This document shows positions 1 to 7,753 of a stretch of 27,120 bases of DNA, in pieces. The notes under the pieces are model-generated. The model was not told the origin of the DNA, did no database searches, and worked only from the letters and a program-made list of their open reading frames with translations. Position numbers and translations under genes: made by a program. The stretch spans positions 1-27,120 of the forward strand of contig JBBSJT010000019.1 of the NCBI GenBank assembly GCA_038257035.1, given 5' to 3'. The DNA comes from Chlamydiia bacterium. GTDB taxonomy: Bacteria; Chlamydiota; Chlamydiia; Chlamydiales; Parachlamydiaceae. Positions within the stretch are counted from its first letter, which is position 1, and each line of letters opens with the position of its first letter.

Positions 1-69
1 CATGACGACAACCTTGCAAATCTTACGGATACAATCTATCAGCTCCACAACGGAAAGCTCACTAAATAA
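1..69 (+). CDS. 3' end of an ABC transporter ATP-binding protein (LolD-like), partial
   Basis: Frame 1 reads HDDNLANLTDTIYQLHNGKLTK* (TAA 67-69), matching the H-loop and C-terminal tail pattern HDxxLAxxxDxxxxLxxGxL of ABC ATPases. Confidence 0.65.
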   Translation, partial: HDDNLANLTDTIYQLHNGKLTK

Positions 70-302
70 GAAGACCGTTGTGATTCTTTAGGTCTCTGAT
101 TTTTTTAACACGAAGACACAAAGACACGAAGACCGATCTCTAATTCTTGCGACTTTATAATATGAACAAGGGTTTGAATAATTAAAGTGTAAATTTTATC
201 TTCGTGTTTATCGTGTAAAAAAATCAGAAACTTTATGAATTCCTAACGGTCTTCGTGTCTTCGTGTTAAAAAATCTTAAACACTGTGAATTCCTAACGGT
301 CT
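70..302. repeat. Palindromic element, type A (ACACGAAG units): one left arm and two tandem right arms
   Basis: Left arm 70-134 pairs imperfectly with 199-254. The right arm is repeated with a 50-bp period (tgaattcctaacggtct at 236-252 and 286-302). Confidence 0.85.
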
Positions 303-369
303 AGTGGTGGAAAGGCTAAAGGATTGACAATATAACTCTATTATAACATATTAAAAATAATAGGGGTTA

Positions 370-1419
370 ATGATGAATAAATACGTTTCCACTCTTCTTT
401 ATTATTTAGGTGCCCTAGGAATATTAGGCGGATTTGTTCTATCAATTATTTCTTATATAAGAATTTGTACAACTGAATGTGGTGGTGCGCACAATTATAC
501 GCTTTGTGGCATTAGCTTTGAGTGCTTTGGGTTAATTTTTTTTCCCTTACTTGGGCTTTTGCACTATTATTCCCGTGGAAATAGGCTTGCCGGTTTTACT
601 GCAGCGTTACTTGTAGCTGCGGCCGTTGGTGCTGAAATCGATTTTATTTTGCTGCAAAAATATGAGATTAAAAGCTACTGCCCTGTTTGTTTAGCAATAG
701 CCGGTTGCATAGGCTTAATAGGACTGACTTATTTAATAGGCTATTTAATAGAGCTTAAAGGATTTTTAAGAGAAAATAGAAGGAGCGATATCATGAAAAG
801 TATACAAAAGGCCTTTTTAACACTTTCATTTATGTTATTCGGTTTTATCTTTGCATTTGTTGGCGTCGTTAAAACAAACCCGCTTGTAGCAGCAGAAGAG
901 ACGATGAAAGAAAAGATTGCCCTTGGAAACCTCAACAGTCCGGTTGAAGTTTACTTTTTTAGCGATTGGAAGTGCCCTGCTTGTCGTACGGTGGAACCAA
1001 CGATGGATAAAATCGCTCCGAAAATTATGGAGAAAGCTCGTCTTGTCTTTGTTGACACCATCGTTCATACGGAAACGTTAAATTTCATTCCCTATAATTT
1101 GTCTTTCTTGATCAATAATAAAGCAAATTATTTGCCTTTACGTGCTGCTTTAACCGAAATTTCAAAGACGAATGGCAATCCTACTGATGAACAAGTTGAA
1201 AAAGCAATTGCTCCTTTAGGCTTTAAGTACAATCATATAAATTATGCCGATGTTGCCGTTGGAATTAAATACTTTAAGCACTTGGTTAAAGAGCATGATA
1301 TTGAAGCTACTCCGACAATGGTCATTATGAATCGCAATACTAAGAAAAGCAAAAAGCTAATGGGAAGCGAAATCAACGAAACCAATGTGATGCAAGCAAT
1401 CGACGAAATGCAAAAATAA
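370..1419 (+). CDS. VKOR-like membrane domain fused to a DsbA/thioredoxin-fold disulfide oxidoreductase
   Basis: N-terminal multi-TM region with a loop Cys pair (CTTEC) and CPVC. C-terminal VYFFSDWKCPAC and cis-Pro ATPT motifs. Confidence 0.8.
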   Translation: MMNKYVSTLLYYLGALGILGGFVLSIISYIRICTTECGGAHNYTLCGISFECFGLIFFPLLGLLHYYSRGNRLAGFTAALLVAAAVGAEIDFILLQKYEIKSYCPVCLAIAGCIGLIGLTYLIGYLIELKGFLRENRRSDIMKSIQKAFLTLSFMLFGFIFAFVGVVKTNPLVAAEETMKEKIALGNLNSPVEVYFFSDWKCPACRTVEPTMDKIAPKIMEKARLVFVDTIVHTETLNFIPYNLSFLINNKANYLPLRAALTEISKTNGNPTDEQVEKAIAPLGFKYNHINYADVAVGIKYFKHLVKEHDIEATPTMVIMNRNTKKSKKLMGSEINETNVMQAIDEMQK

Positions 1420-1442
1420 ACAACTTTTTTTTGGAGGTAATT

Positions 1443-1994
1443 ATGGGCAAATCATTACAAGGATTAAAAGTTGCCATTCTTATTGCAGATGGTTTTGAGC
1501 AAAGCGAAATGGAAGATCCAAGAAAAGCTCTAACCGATGCCGGTGCAGAAACGTTGATTGTTTCACCTGTACAGGGTAAAGTCAAAGGATGGAAAGGTAA
1601 AAATTGGGGAGATGAGTTTCCGGTAGACTTGCAACTTGAACAGGCAGAACCAGAAGATTTTGATGCCCTCTTGTTACCGGGAGGGCTTATGAATCCTGAC
1701 AAATTACGCCTCGAGCCAAAAGCGATTGATTTTGTAAAAAGCTTTGTTAAAGCTAAAAAGCCAATTGCTGCAATTTGTCATGCTCCGTGGATTCTAATTA
1801 ATGCGGAAGGCGTTAAAGGGAAAAATTTAACATCCTATGGTTCTATCAAAATTGACCTCGTCAATGCAGGGGCAAAATGGGTGGATAAAGAAGTTGTAGT
1901 CGATGAAAACATCGTCACAAGCCGTAAACCTGATGACATCCCCGCCTTTAACAAAGCAATGCTCACCCTATTTGGCAAGCAAACTAAAATTTAA
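1443..1994 (+). CDS. PfpI/YhbO (DJ-1 family) type 1 glutamine amidotransferase-like protein
   Basis: Motifs KVAILIADGFEQSE, DALLLPGG, AAICHAPW and TSRKPDD. GGAGG at 1433-1437 favours the ATG at 1443. Confidence 0.92.
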   Translation: MGKSLQGLKVAILIADGFEQSEMEDPRKALTDAGAETLIVSPVQGKVKGWKGKNWGDEFPVDLQLEQAEPEDFDALLLPGGLMNPDKLRLEPKAIDFVKSFVKAKKPIAAICHAPWILINAEGVKGKNLTSYGSIKIDLVNAGAKWVDKEVVVDENIVTSRKPDDIPAFNKAMLTLFGKQTKI

Positions 1995-2001
1995 GGTTTC
2001 T

Positions 2002-2113
2002 GATTTTTTACCAGTGAGTCAGTGAGAAGCTGCATGAGTTCAGTGAGGGGCTATGAATGCATTGCCTCTCACTAATCTCATGCAGCTTCTTAACGAGACT
2101 CACTGTAAAAATC
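2002..2113. repeat. Palindromic element, type B copy 1 (CAGTGAG units)
   Basis: Arms gattttttaccagtgagtcagtgagaagctgcatgag and ctcatgcagcttct...actcactgtaaaaatc. The first 27 nt are identical to 8849-8875. Confidence 0.85.
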
Positions 2114-2180
2114 GTATAGGCTATTATTGGTTCTACTCCAAAGTGATATTATAGAGCCTCTACAATTTATCACGTTTTCA

Positions 2181-2311
2181 ATTTTTTACAGGATATGCAC
2201 GATCGCTGCGCGGCACGATAAGCAAGATAATTTCAACCACCTGAATTACTTGAGGTTGATTTTATCTTGCTTATCGTGCCACGCAGCGATCGTGCATATC
2301 CTGTAAAAAAT
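2181..2311. repeat. Palindromic element, type C copy 1 (about 58-bp near-perfect stem)
   Basis: Arms attttttacaggatatgcacgatcgctgcgcggcacgataagcaagataa and ttatcttgcttatcgtgccacgcagcgatcgtgcatatcctgtaaaaaat. Second copy at 15963-16092. Confidence 0.95.
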
Positions 2312-2405
2312 ATTATTGTTTCGTTCAAGTGAGACCGGATGTTTTTTTACTTTAAAGTAGAACCAGTATATAATCCATCTTAAGCCTTCTCATTCCCTCT
2401 CTCTT

Positions 2406-2438
2406 GTTTTTTCTCGGTGTTCTCTGTGTTAAAAAAAA
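2406..2438 (-). repeat. Solo arm, type E copy 1 (AACACCGAG-type units)
   Basis: gttttttctcggtgttctctgtgttaaaa is 28/29 identical to 4630-4658. Confidence 0.8.
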
Positions 2439-2456
2439 CGCCACCCCTCAAACCCT

Positions 2457-4598
2457 TCACCAAAAGGTGACCTTGAAGATCATAGTGGCTAGGGGTGCAA
2501 GGTTAATCTTGATCGCTCGGGCAATGAAATTCTCATCGCAGTCGATGTGTGGATAAGGATTAATTTTTCCGGAACCGGAATATTTTTCATGGTCGCTATT
2601 AAAAATTTCTTCTATAGATGCAACATTAGAAAGTTTTATTACATAATCACTTTTAAATTCCGGTGTGAAATGATGCACACAAAGAACAACACCCTCTACA
2701 CCCTTTCTTAAATAGCTGATCACACTATTTTTATGATCTAAAAAATCCACCCATTCAAAGCCTTGGTGGTCAAAATCTTTTTCCCAAAGGGGTTTTGTGT
2801 TTAAATAGAGTTGATTTAAATCTTTGATCATTGTCTGAACGCTATGGTGCATTGGATATTTTAGTAAAAACCATTGAAGTTGATCCTTGCAAGACCATTC
2901 ATCAAATTGGGCAATTTCGCCTCCCATAAAAATCAATTTCTTTCCTGGCTGGCAGATCATGTAGCTGTAGAGTAGTCTTAAATTGGCAAACTTTTGCCAA
3001 AGATCGCCCGGCATTTTTCCAATTAAGCTTTTTTTGCAATGAACAACCTCATCATGTGATAAAGCCAAGGAAAAGCGCTCAGAAAAAGCGTAAAGTAATC
3101 CAAAAGTAAGATCTTGATGATGATGATGGCGGTAGTACATGTCTTTTGAAAAATAACGAAGCGTGTCGTTCATCCAGCCCAAATTCCATTTCTGATCAAA
3201 TCCCAATCCATCTGCTGCGGTTATCTTTGGAAATGAGGTAGATTCTTCGGCGATCATGAGGACGCCCGGAAACTTTTGATGTACAATGGAATTTAAATGT
3301 TTAAAAAATTGAATGGCTTCTAAATTTATATTTCCCCCAAATTTATTGGGAATATACTCGCCATCTTTTCTGCCATAATCTAGGTAAAGCATGGAAGCTA
3401 CCGCATCGACCCTTAAAGCATCGATATGCATCACTTCAAATAAAAACAGAGCATTAGCAATTAAAAAGTTAGAAACCTCGTTACGACCGTAATTAAAGAT
3501 AAAGGTTTTCCAATCGGGATGAAAGCCTTGTCGCTTATCTTCATGTTCATAAAGGGCCGTTCCATCAAATCTTCCAAGAGAGAATTCATCTGTTGGAAAA
3601 TGTGCCGGTACCCAGTCCAATATGATGCCGATCTGATGCTTGTGCAGATAATTGACAAACCATTGAAAATCTTCCGGGGTACCAAAACGGCTTGTGATTG
3701 CATAATAGCCGGTAACCTGATAACCCCATGATTCATCCAAAGGATGTTCCTGAATAGGCATGAGCTCTACATGAGTAAAATTCATCTCTTTACAATAATC
3801 TGTAAGCTCTACGGCAATTTGTCTGTAATTTAAGAATGAATCATGATTCTTTTTCCAGGACCCCAAATGAAGCTCGTAAACAAGCTGTGGTTTAGCATCA
3901 TCTTTAGTTTGCATGCGCTGTTTGATCCATTCATCATCATCAAATTCAAATTTTTGAGGATCAAAAACAATGGAGGCAGTAGAAGGTCTTACTTCTGAAT
4001 AAAAGGCATAAGGATCGGCTTTAAATTGAGTTTTCTTGTCAGCTGCTTGAATCTTGAATTTATATTTCTCACCCTCAACAATACCCGGGACAAAAAGCTC
4101 AAAAATTCCTGAATGACCCAATGCTCGCATCGGATTTATTTTGCCATCAAAATAATTAAAATCTGCAACCAATGAAACACGTGTGGCACCGGGGGCCCAC
4201 ACAGCAAAGTTTACACCTTGAATCCCCTGATGAATCATTGGGTGAGCACCAAGGCGCTCATATATAGTGTAGTGAACACCTTGGCTAAATAAATATTGAT
4301 CAAGCTCACTTATAAAAGGCAAAAAGACATAAGGATCATGAGCTAAAAGTGCGTTAGGATGATAAATGCGATAATCAAAGTAAGTAATAGTTTTTTCAGG
4401 ATAATATTCAAAAATCCCCTTTGGATGAATCAATTTAGCTTCAACGATTTTCCCAAGTACTTCTAAGTAAAGTGTTTTAGCCCTTGGAAAAAAAAGGCGA
4501 ATGAGTTGTTTTCCATTTTCGGTATGCAGCCCTAAAAAAGTATGAGGATCATGCTCTTCCCCGTTAATTAAGCGCATCATCTGATTCTTCAAATTCAT
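2457..4598 (-). CDS. glgB: 1,4-alpha-glucan branching enzyme
   Basis: GH13 branching-enzyme motifs YELHLGSW, SWGYQ, LDWVPAHFP, RVDAVASM, IAEEST and SHDEVVH. Confidence 0.97.
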   Translation of the reverse strand: MNLKNQMMRLINGEEHDPHTFLGLHTENGKQLIRLFFPRAKTLYLEVLGKIVEAKLIHPKGIFEYYPEKTITYFDYRIYHPNALLAHDPYVFLPFISELDQYLFSQGVHYTIYERLGAHPMIHQGIQGVNFAVWAPGATRVSLVADFNYFDGKINPMRALGHSGIFELFVPGIVEGEKYKFKIQAADKKTQFKADPYAFYSEVRPSTASIVFDPQKFEFDDDEWIKQRMQTKDDAKPQLVYELHLGSWKKNHDSFLNYRQIAVELTDYCKEMNFTHVELMPIQEHPLDESWGYQVTGYYAITSRFGTPEDFQWFVNYLHKHQIGIILDWVPAHFPTDEFSLGRFDGTALYEHEDKRQGFHPDWKTFIFNYGRNEVSNFLIANALFLFEVMHIDALRVDAVASMLYLDYGRKDGEYIPNKFGGNINLEAIQFFKHLNSIVHQKFPGVLMIAEESTSFPKITAADGLGFDQKWNLGWMNDTLRYFSKDMYYRHHHHQDLTFGLLYAFSERFSLALSHDEVVHCKKSLIGKMPGDLWQKFANLRLLYSYMICQPGKKLIFMGGEIAQFDEWSCKDQLQWFLLKYPMHHSVQTMIKDLNQLYLNTKPLWEKDFDHQGFEWVDFLDHKNSVISYLRKGVEGVVLCVHHFTPEFKSDYVIKLSNVASIEEIFNSDHEKYSGSGKINPYPHIDCDENFIARAIKINLAPLATMIFKVTFW

Positions 4599-4622
4599 TC
4601 TTTTTGTCCTATCACATTTTCA

Positions 4623-4658
4623 TTATACCGTTTTTTCTCGGTGTTCTCGGTGTTAAAA
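4623..4658 (-). repeat. Solo arm, type E copy 2, fused to an AACGGTATAA terminus
   Basis: Minus strand reads ttttaacaccgagaacaccgagaaaaaacggtataa. Confidence 0.75.
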
Positions 4659-4681
4659 GAGTACGTACCTCAAAGAAGCGA

Positions 4682-5797
4682 TTATTTTTGGAAGCAATCA
4701 AAGTAGTAGGTATTACCCTTTTCCACAACTATGGGCGATCCCACATCGCATTGCACATTTAATGTACCGGCTTCATTTCTTAATCTAAAACGTTTAATCT
4801 CTTTCTGAAATTCCACTTCGATGACATCACTCTCCTCTGCAATCAGGATCATACGACGAATGATCTTTTTACTCCATTCTAAACTAACAAGAGCTACATT
4901 ATCACATTTAAATTGAGTTAGGCGACCTGAATGAAAGGGTACCGGTAGGGCCGGTAAAACGTTTAAAACTTTATTATTGTAAGTTGCAAATAGCGAACGT
5001 ATAAGCTTTGCACCATAAGATAAAAGGATAAGTGGCGAGGATGTCGGATTGACTTTTGGTAAAATTAGTCCCTGATGCTTTTCATCATTAAGGGAAGGAC
5101 TCATTATTCCATAAAATCCTGCTTCAAAAAGAATCTCAAAAGGTTTTAATATTTCATTTCGATCTGCCAATTTAATTGCCTCTTCACAATTTTTAAGAAT
5201 TGAGGCAACTCCCGTAAATTCAGACGGTTTCTTTTCTGATACATGATCACACATTTCGCCTAATCTAAGCCAAACAGGAAAAATTTCTTTTAAACTTTTG
5301 CGTCTTTTAACAAGCGTCCAATCTTGGGATTTATGACTTCCAAGGCATAACCTGTCAAATCCACTATTCGAATAGAGTGTTTGACTAGAAAGTATGTCTT
5401 TAACAACAAACAACTTGCGTTCATCGCTTCTTGTAGCCTTAAATTCTGAAGAATCCAAATTAAATTCAATCTCTTGATTTAATGCTTTTTCTGTATGAAT
5501 CATAATGCCTTGGGCTTTTTCAACTGCTGTAATGCTGTAACGAAAATAGCCTTTAATTCCTTTACCAAAAACTAAAACATTCCCTTTTTCTAGATTTAAC
5601 TGAACAGTAAAATCAGCTACCGGTCCCTCAATCTCAACACTAATTTCAGCTAAAATTGTCTTATAGCTTGAAGTCAAATCATAAAGAAAAATTTTTGACG
5701 GAAAAATTTGTAAAGAATAGGTTGATCCCGGTAGTGGGCAATGAGCACCGGATGCTTTTTCGAAAGGTTTAAGCCTCGTCGTGATGGCGATATGCAT
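4682..5797 (-). CDS. Conserved chlamydial hypothetical protein upstream of glgB (CT865-like from recollection), with a glycoside-hydrolase-like C-terminal segment
   Basis: 371-aa ORF. AGGA precedes the ATG at 5797. C-terminal VLPALP..F.SG....VSLEW pattern. Confidence 0.7.
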   Translation of the reverse strand: MHIAITTRLKPFEKASGAHCPLPGSTYSLQIFPSKIFLYDLTSSYKTILAEISVEIEGPVADFTVQLNLEKGNVLVFGKGIKGYFRYSITAVEKAQGIMIHTEKALNQEIEFNLDSSEFKATRSDERKLFVVKDILSSQTLYSNSGFDRLCLGSHKSQDWTLVKRRKSLKEIFPVWLRLGEMCDHVSEKKPSEFTGVASILKNCEEAIKLADRNEILKPFEILFEAGFYGIMSPSLNDEKHQGLILPKVNPTSSPLILLSYGAKLIRSLFATYNNKVLNVLPALPVPFHSGRLTQFKCDNVALVSLEWSKKIIRRMILIAEESDVIEVEFQKEIKRFRLRNEAGTLNVQCDVGSPIVVEKGNTYYFDCFQK

Positions 5798-5837
5798 GTG
5801 TGATCCTAAATTCAAGCTTAAATTTTTTGATGGGTAA

Positions 5838-6320
5838 TTAGTTAATATCTTTTAGAAGGAGGTCTCTTGCCACAATAGCTTGATTTTTAAGGTCTTGGAA
5901 AATCAACTCATCGTTTGAATATTCGATTGCAAGATTCAATGCTGCAAGAGAGCTTTCTTTGTCATGAACAGCATACAAACATTTTGCAAGATAAAAATAG
6001 GGAACAGGGCTCTCAAGCTTTGAAATGGCAGCCATTTCGTAAGCATCTATTGCAGCTTCATATTGGTGAAGAAGTTGGGTTGACATTCCAAGCCCAAGCC
6101 AATAATCGTGATTTGCTGAATCTAATGTGATTAAAAACAAAAAAGCATCAGACGCATCAGCGTAATTTTGCTCTTCGAAAAGTTTAAAGGCCGCCTGATA
6201 AAATTTGGCACAAGTTTCTTTTTGGAAATCCATCAATTCAAAGACTGATTTTCCCTTTTCCAAATTTTTCTTTAGATTTTTTTTATCTTTCAAATTTTCT
6301 TTTGCTTTATTTGAAAGCAT
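5838..6320 (-). CDS. SycD/LcrH family TPR type III secretion chaperone
   Basis: TPR-like segments YADASDAFLFLITLD, YWLGLG, YEAAIDAY and PYFYLAKC. GAGGA before the ATG at 6320 suggests this start rather than 6350. Confidence 0.85.
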   Translation of the reverse strand: MLSNKAKENLKDKKNLKKNLEKGKSVFELMDFQKETCAKFYQAAFKLFEEQNYADASDAFLFLITLDSANHDYWLGLGMSTQLLHQYEAAIDAYEMAAISKLESPVPYFYLAKCLYAVHDKESSLAALNLAIEYSNDELIFQDLKNQAIVARDLLLKDIN

Positions 6321-6351
6321 AAATTCCTCTGTATCATCATTCATAATCAAA

Positions 6352-6380
6352 AAGATAATATTTTACTGATAGATTGTCAA
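6352..6380 (-). promoter_or_regulatory. sigma70/sigma66-type promoter for the chaperone gene
   Basis: Minus strand TTGACA (6380-6375), 17 bp, TATCTT (6357-6352). Confidence 0.55.
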
Positions 6381-6398
6381 AGGAAATGAAATTAAATC

Positions 6399-6426
6399 TT
6401 GACCGTATCATTTTTTAAGCTATAAT
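6399..6426 (+). promoter_or_regulatory. sigma70/sigma66-type promoter for the 6446 gene
   Basis: TTGACC (6399-6404), 16 bp, TATAAT (6421-6426). Confidence 0.6.
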
Positions 6427-6445
6427 TGTCCTTTTAACTCCTAAT

Positions 6446-6976
6446 ATGAGGTTTAAGATGATTGATGGAATAATCTCAATTTCAGAGGCAATGAAAAAAA
6501 TTCCTTTTGAAATTTATGAATTAGTATCAGATCCAAATATTAAGACCGATATAAATAATAGCTTAATGGTGACAATAACTACTGTTGCTTGTGCCGCAAT
6601 TGCGGTCGGAATTTATGCCATTTCAACAAATCTATGCCCTTATATTCTTGCAATTAGTGTGGTAACGGGCATGGCTTTTCCTAAATTTTTCATGGAAAAA
6701 ACTTGCCAAGTGTGGGCAACGGTTTATCAGACTGAATATTTACAAGAACCTGAAAATCCTTTAGATAAAACATTACCAAAAATAGCCTACATGGTTAAAA
6801 ACATCTTTAATCGCTTAAAGCCTGTCATTATCACAGGTACCATAGGTTTTTTTGCTTTGCCTGTCACAGCTCAAATTTGTACTGTACTTGCTGGATTAAG
6901 ACTTGGAAGTTATCTTGGAATGAAGGCTGATCTTTCAAAAGAGAGACTTGAATATCAACCCCTTTTTCAGGGTTAA
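6446..6976 (+). CDS. Hypothetical membrane protein with an Inc-like bilobed hydrophobic stretch
   Basis: 176-aa ORF with its own predicted promoter. About 40 hydrophobic residues (LMVTITT...VVTGMAF) plus a second hydrophobic segment. The start could be 6446 or 6458. Confidence 0.65.
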   Translation: MRFKMIDGIISISEAMKKIPFEIYELVSDPNIKTDINNSLMVTITTVACAAIAVGIYAISTNLCPYILAISVVTGMAFPKFFMEKTCQVWATVYQTEYLQEPENPLDKTLPKIAYMVKNIFNRLKPVIITGTIGFFALPVTAQICTVLAGLRLGSYLGMKADLSKERLEYQPLFQG

Positions 6977-7003
6977 AAAAACAGGTGACCGAATGGTCAC
7001 CTG
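6975..7003 (-). terminator. Intrinsic terminator between convergent genes
   Basis: Perfect 9-bp stem caggtgacc-gaat-ggtcacctg. The A7 run at 6975-6981 gives a U-tract on the minus strand. Confidence 0.85.
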
Positions 7004-7026
7004 CTTAAAATTATATTAAACTAAAA

Positions 7027-7461
7027 TTATCTGCAAACTGGAGCGCAAGCATCAGCTTTTGGAGCACAGTTATGTTTCCAATAATATTTTGGAACTAACT
7101 TACATTTTTGCTCGCAAACCCATTTTTTGCAAGTTTTGCAATCATCTACTTCATAACATTCTTTTACGTAGCGGCAGCATGTTTCTTTATATTCTTGTGG
7201 TACCATACGGCACTTAGTAACTTCATAGTATTGTGGTACGCAACGTACGCATTGTTTTTTGCAAGGGATTTTTTCCTCAATACATTTCCAATCATTATAG
7301 TAGCAAGGCTCTTGACGGCACATTAGTTGATAGCTCTCGCCACATGGTTGGTCGCTTGGCACACAACAGGCACCATCAGTAGTTTGTTGAGAATAAGAAT
7401 AAGCATTTTGTGAAATGATGAGACCAAAAAAGATGGCACTTAGTTGGATAAACTTTTTCAT
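7027..7461 (-). CDS. Exported cysteine-rich protein (candidate envelope protein)
   Basis: AAGGAG SD before the ATG at 7461. Signal peptide MKKFIQ...NAYS. 20 Cys in 144 aa. Confidence 0.8.
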   Translation of the reverse strand: MKKFIQLSAIFFGLIISQNAYSYSQQTTDGACCVPSDQPCGESYQLMCRQEPCYYNDWKCIEEKIPCKKQCVRCVPQYYEVTKCRMVPQEYKETCCRYVKECYEVDDCKTCKKWVCEQKCKLVPKYYWKHNCAPKADACAPVCR

Positions 7462-7753
7462 AGCACTCTCCTTGCCGGAACATTTTTTAAAATAAGATTT
7501 ATTGAATACGGCATTCAAAAATCTTAAGTTTTCTACTTATTGTTGGTGGACGGTTCCGGAAAAACTGACCACCTAAGTAAATAAACATCTAAACTTCAAT
7601 ATGACCTTTTTTTTATTTTTGACAAGAGATAATTTTAAAAACACACTTAAATCTTTCATTTTCATAGTGTTAAACTAGCGGTAATAAATTTTAATAGGAA
7701 ATATCATTACATCCTAGTAATGTTACATTTAATTAACTTATAGGACTAAAACA

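Noticed and set aside
70..302. CRISPR array interpretation of the 50-bp tandem units
   Set aside because: Only two units, the intervening sequences are similar to each other rather than unique spacers, and there are no cas genes.
324..352. Promoter for the VKOR gene
   Set aside because: TTGACA is perfect, but the hexamer at 17 bp is CATATT and TATAAC is only 12 bp away, so it is too ambiguous to call.
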